A stretch of DNA of 60,000 nucleotides from Mobula hypostoma. Lineage: Eukaryota. Every line of letters starts with the position of its first letter. Position 1 is the stretch's first letter. The notes under the pieces were generated by a model, which saw only the letters and a list, made by a program, of their open reading frames with translations, ran no database searches and was not told the origin of the DNA. Shown piece by piece: positions 13,627 to 23,389 of the stretch. The DNA lies in contig NC_086097.1 of the NCBI RefSeq assembly GCF_963921235.1, positions 56,794,001 to 56,854,000 on the forward strand, in the 5' to 3' direction. A program made the translations under genes and the position numbers.

Positions 13627-15520
13627 ACTCTCCTGTTTTAGCCAGTTCTCAGGTTATAAGCTGAATTTACATAAGAGTGAACTTTTTCCTTTGAATAATT
13701 GGATATCAACTAATTCTAACCTTCCTTTTAAAATTGTAAGAAACCAATTTACTTACTTAGGTATAACAATTACTAAAAATTATAAGTGCTTATTTAAAGA
13801 AAATTTTCTTACTCTATTGAATTATGTAAAAAGGACACTATCAAATTGGTCACCTCTTTCATTATCATTGATTGGTCAAATTAGTTGTATTAAAATGAAT
13901 ATTTTACCTAAATTTATTTATCTTTTTCAGGCATTATCTGTTTTTATCCCAAAATCTTTTTTTGATTCTCTTGATTCTATTATATCATCCTATATATGGA
14001 AAAATAAGTGTTCTAGACTAAACAAAATTCATCTTCAGAAAGCTAAAAAGAATGGAGGGCTAGCTTTACCAAACTTTAGGTTTTATTATTGGGCAGTTAA
14101 TATACGCTATCTTACATTTTGGTTATATTACATTAATCGTGAGGATTGTCTGATGTGGGTTTCTTTAGAAGCTAACTCTGTTAATAAATTTTCTATTATT
14201 TCTCTTCTTGGATCCTCACTTCCTTTATCCCTGAGTAAGTTAACTGCTAATCTGGTAGTTAAACATACTATGAGAATTTGGGTACAATTCCAAAAATACT
14301 TTGGCGTATTGAGATTTTCTCTTTCAAGTCCCATTTTCTCTAATTATTTTTTTAAATCTTCTATGACAGATGTGGCTTTTAAAGAATGGGATAGATTAGG
14401 TATTAAATACTTCCAGGACTTGTTTGTGGAGGGAAGTTTCCTTTCGTTTGAGCAACTGTCAGCTAAATATAGCTTACCCAAAACTCACTTTTTTCGATAC
14501 CTACAAATAAGAGACTAATCACGGTCTCAAATATGTACACTTCCTAAAAGTCCTGATAAGAATCTACTAGATGTAATTTTCAATTTGAAACCTTTTTATA
14601 ATGGATCTATATCTAATATTTATAATGTGTTGCTGGGAATGAGAAGTGTTCCTTTAGATAAAATTAAAAATCTTTGGGAACAAGTCTTACAGACTTCAAT
14701 TTCTGAGGGAACTTGGAATGAGATTTTTAAATTGGTTAACACTTCATCGTTATGTGCCCGTCACTCTCTCCTTCAATTTAAAGTGGTCCATATGACCAAG
14801 GATAAGTTGTCTCACTTTTATTTGGATATATCTCCTTATTGTGATAAATGTAATAATGGAGAAGCTTCACTCATTCATATGTTTTGGACATGTCCGAGTC
14901 TTGAAAAATATTGGAAAGAAGTATTTCAAACCTTCTCGGTACTTTTTAAAGTAAATTTTAAGCCTAATCCTTTGACCATTTTATTTGGTATTGTTAGAGG
15001 AAAGGATATTATTTTGGAGGAAAGGATATTATTTTGGAGAAATCTGATTTGCACGTTTCGGCTTTTATTTCTCTTATTGCTAGGAGGACGCTCTTGCTTA
15101 AATGGAAAGATGCAATCCCGCCCACACACATTCAATGACTGCGTGATGTGATGTCATGTTTAAATTTAGAGAAGATTCGATGTTCAATTTCTGAATCTAA
15201 TCAAGACTTCCAAACATTGTGGGGACCTTTTTTGAATTATTTTCAAAACCTTTGATTTGCCGTTAAAGCACAGATGATGTCTAATAATATACTTTTCTTC
15301 TTTCTTCTTCTTTACTAATCAGCTTTGGTCTTGGTGGTGGGTTAAATTTTTTTTCCATATAATAAATTTACTATACTGTATTTCAATATTATGAATTAAT
15401 CAATTTGTATGAATATAGAGTAAAGAGTTTATATGTGCGATTCAGTATAATATATTTGAGATATTTCTTTCTTGAACTCTGTATTCTCCTATGTAGAAAA
15501 TCAATAAAAATATTGAAAAA
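13627..15520 (+). mobile_element. 5'-truncated L1/Tx1-clade LINE (post-RT region and C-terminal zinc knuckle)
   Basis: FSQFSGYKLN..KSE, YLGI, KMNILPKFIYLFQ, GGLALPNF, CDKC..HMFWTC; AATAAA plus A-rich tail; about 12-bp TSD GAA(A/G)GTTGCATT at 13615 and 15521. Confidence 0.9.
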
Positions 15521-15889
15521 GAAGGTTGCATTGCTGCCACCCCACCTCCAGTTTCCACCCTTCACTGCAAAAGCGTATAAGTGAAGAAGAGATAAAAAAG
15601 AAAACGGAAGGTAACCAGCGGTTACCGAACAACCCTAACCAAAGAAATGTAATTCACTCCCATTAAAGCTTAGAGAGAACTATTGGTTATGTCAGGATTG
15701 CCAATAGTTTCCATTTTGCTCAAACAATGAATGAGGGAATAACTTTCTGCCCTTTCTCTATTTCCCTATATATTATATACCTACATGATTATTTGAATTA
15801 TCTTCTGCATTAAGACAGCGACTACTTCTGGGCGGCAAAAAACAAATCAATAGAAACAACCATTTGATTTATTAGTAACACTTTATTAA

Positions 15890-16632
15890 TAATGATCAAT
15901 GTTAAGGAGGAACATTGCCAATGGAAAGGCAAGCAGAGGCAAGCGGCAGAGGAGAGGGAGGCGCAGGCAACGCGTGGCCATGACCAGCAGACACCGAGTG
16001 ATGGTGAAGGCGCAGGGAAGGTCTGGTCGTGGCCAGCAGACTCAAGACAGAGTTGTGGCATCCCCGAGAGCACGGGAAGTCCTGATATCCGATCGACTTA
16101 AACACCGGACTTAATTAGAAAGGTCGGGTAAGGTCCAAGTTGTGGTGGTGGGGTCTGGGCCCCAGAGCAATCTGAGAGTGCGGAAAATCCCAGTGTTTGG
16201 ACGCTTTAAGTGCTGGGACAGATTGAAAAGGCTTTTGTGTCGGGACTGGAGGCAAAGCGACGGCCAGTTCTACTCACAGTTCTGCAAAGCTTACTCAGCT
16301 CTCCGCTGAACTACAATGCAGCTAGCGTGATGCCTGGCTTCACACCTGTGGTCTTGCAACTTTTACTTGGCTTTGTGATGAACTAAGGGTGTTGCCCGCA
16401 CCAGCGCAGTGATGCCTGGCTTTGTGTCTTTCGTAAAACTCCAGTTCTGCAGCTATTTGCTTTCTTTTATTGTTTGCACGAGTTGTTTTTTTCTCTCTCT
16501 GCATATTGGATGTTTGATGGTCATTTTTTAATCAGTTCTTTTGGGGCTCCTTTGTTTGTGCTGCCTGTAAGGAGACAAATCTCAAAGTTGTATAATTATA
16601 CATACTTTAATAATAAATATACTTTGAACTTT
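15890..16632 (+). mobile_element. Non-coding retroelement 3' segment with a (CTTTGAA)n-type tail
   Basis: Ends AATAAATATACTTTGAACTTTGAA; similar tails occur reversed elsewhere (e.g. about 8810). Confidence 0.5.
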
Positions 16633-16704
16633 GAAAGCCATAACTGGCTTAGTTTTCTACCTTAAGAGGCAATGAGTTTATGCATAACAAACTTGAATTC
16701 CAAA

Positions 16705-16900
16705 AAGGACAGGCTCCAGGACAGCTTCTTCCACTAGGCCATCAAACTGATTAACTCACGCTGATTTGAGTGTATTTCTATGTTACATTGTCTGTTCTAT
16801 TTATTATAAATTACTATGATTGCACCTTGCACTTTAGACAGAGGCGTAACATAAAGATTTTTACTCCTCAAGTATGTGAAGGATGTAAGAAATAAAGTCA
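16705..16900 (+). mobile_element. Short Rex1-like LINE 3' end
   Basis: Closely matches the 3' end at 9627-9835. Confidence 0.85.
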
Positions 16901-17230
16901 ATAATATTCCATTTCTACCATCCTTAATTGCCCATGAAAGGTGGTGGCAAGTTGCCTTCTTAAACTCTTGCCTTTCTTTGTGCTGGGCCATGGAGTGTTA
17001 GAGCACAATGAGTGAGTAGCTGCAGTATATTTTTGTCGATAGTATACACTGCAGTATATACAGAGAAGGAAACAAACTCTCAAGGGATAAAATCAGAGCT
17101 TAGCTTTCCATTCAAGTCGGGTTTATTAGCATATGTGCAAATATGGTGAGGTACAGGGACAACGAAGAATTTGCTTGAAGCAGTATCACAAGCATTTAGG
17201 TTCAGACAACAGTAAATATTCATACATTAA

Positions 17231-17428
17231 TATACTGTATGGCCTGCAGTATAATAAGGGCCTACTTTATGTTGTAGGGACACGTCGTTGCATGCACTAT
17301 TAGGCACGTATTGATCTGTATGTGTGTGCTGAGTTCGGTTTCTGTCAGTAAAGAACCATGAACCTTTACTCCCGTCTCCAGTGTATTTATTAGTAGCATT
17401 GCTGTGTAACCAGGCCACATACACAACA
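17231..17428 (+). repeat. 5' LTR (198 bp)
   Basis: Aligns end to end with 20684-20907; followed by the PBS. Confidence 0.95.
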
Positions 17429-17431
17429 AAT

Positions 17432-17441
17432 TGGTGACGAG
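17432..17441 (+). promoter_or_regulatory. Primer-binding site TGGTGACGAG (tRNA-Ser(GCT)-like, 1 mismatch)
   Basis: 3 nt after the 5' LTR; near-complement of the CCA 3' end of tRNA-Ser(GCT), which would give TGGCGACGAG. Confidence 0.75.
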
Positions 17442-18910
17442 TTTAATGAACCTACATGGTATTGGAACGCCGTGTTTTAGTTGATAACGACACTCAGAAG
17501 AAGAGCGCGAGGAACGAGCCAAGGAGTGGGAGAAGGAGGCAGAGCGAGGCCATGGGTCTGAAAGGAAGCAGGAGCACTGCTGGGGTTGGGAATGTCGGGA
17601 GACTAAGAGACACAGTCGGAGCCGCAGCACGTCAAGGCGAGACCACAGCCAGCGCTGACCCCAGGGACTGAGGGTCTGCCTGCCCCAGAAGGGAGATAAA
17701 AAGGAACGACACACGCACATCTAGACGGAGTGCGCTCGTGGCGCTAGCAAAAAGTACACGTGAGTCAGAAAGGAAAATAAGGGGAGAACAGGGCTTAATT
17801 AACATAACAAGGATGGTGATGATTGGAACCATTACAGCATTTGATAGTGGCATTGAAGACTGGGCAACTTACATTGAAAGAGTGGAGTTATATTGTGAGG
17901 TTAACGATGTTAAGGATGAAAAGAAAGCCAGCGTCTTACTCAGTATTATGGGAGCAAAAACATACGGCCTGCTGTGGAGCTTGTTAACTCCTGAAAAGCC
18001 AGCTGACAAAACGTTCAAGCGAATAGTAGACACTCCAACAACATTTAAACCTCAAACCACTGGTCATTGCTGAAAGATTTAAATTTCACAATCGGAATCA
18101 GAGTAAAAATGAAAGCACTTCTGAATATTGTGCTGAATTGCACAAACTATCAGAACATTGTCAATTTGGAGCTGGTTTATCAGACGCATTGAGGGACAGA
18201 TTAGTGAGTGGCATGCACTGTGAAACCACCCGGAAAAAGCTTCTGTGTGAAAGAGACCTTACATTTGAGAAAGCGCTAAACATTGCAATATCATTGGAAA
18301 CAGCAGCACGGGGTGCTTCAGAGATACAACAAAAATCTCTGGAATATGCTACGAATAAAATGTCACTGAACAGAAATGAAGGAAAGAAACGTTACCGTTG
18401 TGGGAACATGTCACATGACCCTGAGGACTGTTGGTTTAAAGACAAAGAATGCAGAAGCTGTGGCAAATGGGGCCACATTGGCAGAGTATGCAAAGCTAGT
18501 CAACAGCAGAAAAAGGTCAAAATACAGAGAAACAAGAAACCCCAGAAGGGAAAATACAACAATGTACACAAAATGAAAGAAAGCAGTTCTGATGAAAACG
18601 ACTCAGACAAAAGTGAATTGTCCTGTCTGCAACTTCACAGCGTGAAAGAGACAGATGATCGAAGAGTAATATGGATCACTCCACAAGTGGCAGGCGTGAG
18701 ACTGAAAATGGAGTTGGACACAGGCTCAGCTTTAACAGTGATCTCTGTACACGACTACAAACGACCGTTTTCTCACATACCTCTGAAACGAACTAAACTA
18801 CTGCTAAAGACTTAAACACGAGGAATTCTGCAGATGCTGGAAATTCAAGCAACACACATCAAAGTTGCTGGTGAACGCAGCAAACCAGGCAGCATCTCTA
18901 GGAAGAGGTA

Positions 18911-18954
18911 CAGTCGACATTTCGGGCTGAGATCCTTCGTCAGGACTAACTGAA
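18911..18954 (-). ncRNA. Second, mutated minimal hammerhead ribozyme
   Basis: Reverse complement reads CTGACGA-AGGATCTCAGCCC-GAAAT-GTC, with stem II and III substitutions. Confidence 0.55.
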
Positions 18955-19077
18955 CTCCCATCGAAGAGAAGATTTAAACTTCTTCAGTGTAGGCACCACA
19001 GAAGAGGCTGTCTTCTCCTATCATTTTGGATCTCCCCCTCCCCCTCCCACTTTGAAATCTCTTACTAGCTCTTCCTT

Positions 19078-19119
19078 CAGTTAGTCCTGACGAAGGGTCT
19101 CGGCCCGAAACGTCAACTG
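19078..19119 (+). ncRNA. Minimal type I hammerhead ribozyme (Penelope-type)
   Basis: CTGACGA-AGGGTCTCGGCCC-GAAAC-GTC core; CAGTT/AACTG stem I. Confidence 0.75.
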
Positions 19120-19393
19120 TACCTCTTCCTAGAGATGCTGCCCGGCCTGCTGCGTTCACCAGCAACTTTGATGTGTGTTGCTAAAGACTTACATAGGACA
19201 GAAAGTGCACCCCAAAGGTAAAATTAAAGTGATAGTGACCTACAGAGACAAAACACAGCAGCTGAACGTCTATGTACTGAAAAATGGAGGATCACCATTG
19301 CTGGGACGTGAATGGCTCAGGAAAATCCAGTTGGATTAGCACACCATCAAGGCACCAGATGTGTCAACAAAGGAGGGCAGCTCAGCGGGGAAG

Positions 19394-20329
19394 ATGTCCG
19401 CAGCTCTCCACTCACCCATTGTCGACTATTACAACGATGAGGAAGAGCTAGAGAGCATCGACAATGAGGACAAACGCAGTATCCATGGCCGCGACTCAAA
19501 TGAAGATACAGAGGATGCAAGGAAGACAGATATTGCCAATAAGTAGGATGATGAAGACTACCTGGAAGTAAAAGAGCAGATGTACCAGGAGAAGTTGACG
19601 TCTCTCAAAAGACAGCTACAGCAGTTACAGGAAGGCACTTTACAGGAGTACCAGAAAAGGATGAAGAAACTAGGTCAACAACACATGGAAAGAATATGAA
19701 ATGCTGAGCTTTTTCTGCAACTGGAGACAGAACAAGTTGAAAGGAATTATATTAAAGAGAAGAAAGCAGCAGTGAAGGAATCTGAAAATAAAAAGATTGA
19801 GTTAGAAGAAAAGAAAAAGATGATTGAGAATGAGAGGCTAACAATGGAACTCACAGGAGATTCTGTGGAGGTAAAGCCAATAATAACTAGGAAACTAAGG
19901 AGGAGACCTAATGACCCTGCTCCAATTACAGACAAAAGATGAAAACCTGCACCTGTGCAGTTAAATTACTTGTTAGCAGATGAACAGATAATGGAAGATC
20001 TTCGAACTCTCAATAAGCTTAAATCTCCGAAAAGACCAGCACCTCCGTCTTCTCCTGAGCATCTTCCCAGCACTCCTGCTGAATCACCAGCACAAAGATA
20101 TGAAGCACAAATAGAAGATGGAAAGTTATATTGCGATAAGAGATGGTATCATAAAGGTCAGGCTATCTATTTGGAATCTAGGGAGAATACGAAGATTGGC
20201 TGTGTAATTAGCTCAGTTGGAACAAATGAGATATTGCTAAGGAAGACAAGTGAAAGCACAAAGATGCATATATATGTAGGACAGCTGCACAGAGGAGTCT
20301 TCATTATACGGAGGCGATCTACTGCCTAG
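19394..20329 (+). pseudogene. SUDS3: Processed (intronless) SUDS3 retrocopy, Sin3 histone deacetylase corepressor complex component SDS3
   Basis: MSAA...[34 protein letters not shown]...[10 protein letters not shown]...[20 protein letters not shown]...IIRRRSTA*; one frame throughout, with stops at 19544, 19697 and 19940; 3'UTR with ATTAAA at 20415. Confidence 0.95.
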
Positions 20330-20435
20330 AACTCTTAGCAAGTTGGAGGCGCACATCTTCTTAACTCCCTATGCTCATAGGTCAACTTTTCATGACTTTT
20401 ATATGGAAATCTGTATTAAAACAAACAAATTTATT

Positions 20436-20491
20436 GACAGACGTTACCCAGAGAGGCAGAGTATACCCCCCTCCCGAGACTTGAGTTATAA
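20436..20491 (+). pseudogene. Residual Gypsy integrase C-terminal tail
   Basis: Translates DRRYPERQSIPP..RLEL*, resembling the RRYP.R.R.PP.RL ending of Gypsy pol. Confidence 0.65.
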
Positions 20492-20670
20492 ATGAGTCTT
20501 AGACTAAAAGTAAAAAAAAGGCTTGTTATAATGATATTATTATGTTACTTTGTTGTGATTTGATATTATTAAGTTACTAAGTAAACAAATTGTAGGTGTT
20601 TGTATGTTAAGGGTAGACGTATTTGTTTAGCTTAATGACCCAGTAAAAAAAGTTGATACACTATTAAAAT

Positions 20671-20683
20671 AAAAGGGGAGGAG
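20671..20683 (+). promoter_or_regulatory. Polypurine tract AAAAGGGGAGGAG
   Basis: Immediately precedes the TG start of the 3' LTR. Confidence 0.9.
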
Positions 20684-20907
20684 TGCACTGTATGGCCTAC
20701 AGTTATAATAAGGGACTACTTTATGTTGTAGGGATATGTCACTGCATGCGCTAATAGGCACGTATTGAGCATGTGCTATTAGGTGTGTATTGATCTGTAC
20801 GTGTATGCTGAGTTTGGTTTCTGCCAGTAAAGAACCATGAACCTTAGCTCCCATCTCCAGTGCTTTTATTAATAGCATTGTTGTGTAACCAAGCCACATA
20901 CACAACA
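20684..20907 (+). repeat. 3' LTR (224 bp, includes an extra 25-bp tandem unit)
   Basis: TG...CA termini; matches the 5' LTR. Confidence 0.95.
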
Positions 20908-21299
20908 ATTAAAGTTATGCAAGTTATACTACATTATACAAGGCAATGAAAGAAATTGAGGAAAACAAGACATTGGTGCAACAAAAAACAGTTAAGTCCA
21001 CAGTAGTACAAGAGATGTTATGTGGCTAAGGTGTGGTTCGTTTATGGAGTCATTGAACAGCAATATTCCTGTGACATACTTATAACATGCCCTCTGCTAA
21101 GCAATCATCACTATCTCACTGATCCAATTCGAGTTATATTTTTTTAAAAATGAAGCCATTTCGTTCGATAAGAAGTGCACTTGTATAAACATAAAATTGC
21201 AAGTTACAGCTAAACTTCGAGGAAAATCAATACATTGCTGGTCCTGTACATCCTTCACAAAATAACGCACTGCATTCAACCATCCAACAACCTGCAGCC

Positions 21300-21760
21300 A
21301 TCAGCAGGTTGAACTTGACACTCCAAAACTCCCGTTCCACGTGACGCTCCACACTCGCCTCAGATGCAAAGAGAAGCTGATCTTTTAGTCTACATTAGTG
21401 CCTGAAAAAGTCGAAAATTCTCGATAAGTTAATCAAAAAAATTCATTGAGAAAGAACGCACACAAAGAGGAGAAGCTCTTGAGCAGTAGTGGAAAACGCA
21501 ATCAGGCAGTAGGGAAGACAGATCAAGCGGAGGCTGAGGGTCCTGGGTGGGGTGGAGGACGGGGCCTACAGGTTCAGGCGGCTGCTGTTGTGGACGGTGT
21601 CTGCGGACCGGGGTGGGAGCGCAGCTGCAGCATGCCGCTGTTTGAAGGGCTGGGCACCGGGGGCGAGAAGACGGCTGTAGTGATCGATCTGGGAGCCGCA
21701 TACACAAAGTGAGTCGCGGGATGCACGGAGGGTGGGCGCCTGTGGGTTAACACCGAATGG
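21300..21760 (+). promoter_or_regulatory. ACTR10 promoter / CpG-rich first-exon region
   Basis: GC- and CpG-rich relative to the flanks; CACGTGACG E-box/CRE-like motif at about 21338. Confidence 0.6.
21632..21708 (+). CDS. ACTR10: ACTR10 coding exon 1
   Basis: [25 protein letters not shown](K); donor GTGAGT. Confidence 0.96.
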
Positions 21761-22219
21761 CCAGTATCCCTTTGTTTTCCAAATAATATATTAACATCAA
21801 ACGTTATTGGAGACGGCGAAATTGGAAATGAATGGTAAAACCTGGGAGCATTTGCCACAGTTTCACCAGAGTGCGTTGTGCACAATTTATGGGCAATTGT
21901 TTATGATTCTCCCTGTTTGACACCGGTGTTATTTAACAGAGACCGGTTTAGTAAACATTACTGGATTTTGAATTTATTTTATCATAACGGGGTTTTCCAA
22001 GTTTATCGTTTTCTTTACGGAACATTTCGGTCCTGATTTTGAATGCAGTGACAATAGACAATAGGTGCAGGAGTAGGTCATTCAGCCCTTCGAGCCAGCG
22101 CCACCATTCACTGTGATCGTGGGTGATCATCCGCAATCAGTACCCTTTTCTTGCCTTCTCCCCATATCCCAGTGGAAAGTGGTTGTTGAAAATTTAACTG
22201 AAATGTTAATTATTGCGAT

Positions 22220-23365
22220 GAATAGCTATGTTAGTATGCTGTTTATTGACCATAACTCAGCATTTAGCACCATCATTCCCACAGTCCTGATCGAAAAGCT
22301 ACAGAATCTGGGTCTCTGTACCTCCCTCTGCAACTAGATCCTTGGCTTCCTAACCAGCAGACTATAATCTGCGTGGATTGGAAATAACATTTCCACCTTG
22401 TTGACGATCAACACTGGCACACCTCAAGGATGCATCCTTAGCCCACTGCTCTACTCCCTCTGTACCATGAATGTGGCTAGCCATAGTTCAAATACCATCT
22501 GTAAATTTGTTGATGATACAACCAGTTTTGGCAGAATCTCCGATAGTGACAAGAGGACGACAAAGCGTGAGCTAGTTGTGTGTTGTAGTAGCAACAACCT
22601 TGCACTCAACATTGTGGACTTCAGAAGGGGTAAGACAAAGGAACACAAACCAATCCTCATAGAGGGATCAGAAGTGGAGAGAGTGAGCAGTTTCAAGTTC
22701 CTGGGTGCCATATCTCTGAGGACCTAGCCTGAATGCAACAATGCTGCAGCTATAAAGAGAGCAGAACAGCGGCTATATTTTATGAGGAGATTTGGTATGT
22801 CACCTAAAACACTTGAAAACTTCTAAAGATGTACCGTGGAGAGCATTCTGACAGGCTGCATCACCGTCCGATATGGGGAGGCCAACTGCACAAGATTGAA
22901 GTAAGTTGTAAAATTAGTCAGCTCTATTATGAGTTCTAGCCTCTGTAGTAGCCAAGGTATCTTCAAGAAGCGGTGCCTGAGGAAGGTGGTGTCCGTTGTT
23001 AAGGACCCCCACCACCCAGGACATGCCCTCTTTGCATTGTTACCATCAGGAAGGAGGTACAGAAGCCGAAAGACACACACTCAGCGATTCAGGAACAGCT
23101 TCTTCCCCTCAGCCATCCAAGTTCTAAATAGACATTGAACCCATGAACACTACATCAACTACTTTTTATTTCTGTTTTTGTACTACTTATTTAATTTAAC
23201 TATTTTATATATACATATTTTTAAAATTAATTATATATATATATATGCACATTTAATGTAATTCAGTTTTTTCCTATATTTATCATGTATTGCATTGTAC
23301 TGCTGCTGCAAAGTTAACAAATTTCACGTCATATGCCGGTGATATTAAATCTGATTCTGATTCTA
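22220..23365 (+). mobile_element. Rex1-like LINE RT/3' fragment
   Basis: [36 protein letters not shown]; (ATTCTG)n tail. Confidence 0.9.
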
Positions 23366-23389
23366 AATAAAGTTTTGAACTATTAGTAG

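Larger units (their letters stand above)
18815..19178. mobile_element. Penelope-like element remnant: inverted pseudo-LTR pair inserted in the protease
   Basis: About 105-bp inverted arms 18849-18954 and 19076-19181; 13-bp TSD TGCTAAAGACTTA at 18802-18814 and 19179-19191. Confidence 0.85.
17813..19370 (+). pseudogene. Gypsy gag-protease; frameshift near 18035, Penelope insertion 18815-19191, one nonsense codon
   Basis: EDWATYIERVE, LSEHCQFG..LRDRLV, two CCHC knuckles (the first degenerate), protease MELDTGS...LLGREWL. Confidence 0.92.
17231..20907 (+). mobile_element. Gypsy-type LTR retrotransposon, non-autonomous, carrying a captured SUDS3 cDNA
   Basis: Direct LTRs 17231-17428 and 20684-20907 ending CACAACA; TSD ATTAA at 17226-17230 and 20908-20912; PBS, gag, protease, integrase tail and PPT all present. 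Confidence 0.95.

Noticed and set aside
14998..15038. 20-bp direct repeat GGAAAGGATATTATTTTGGA
   Set aside because: Simple slippage duplication that frameshifts a dead LINE.
19394..20329. Functional SUDS3 gene
   Set aside because: Intronless, three in-frame stops, and embedded in an LTR element.
21446..21631. N-terminal extension of ACTR10 suggested by ORF 21446-21712
   Set aside because: The ORF starts at a non-ATG codon; the conserved protein begins MPLFEG at 21632 and gives the expected 417 aa.
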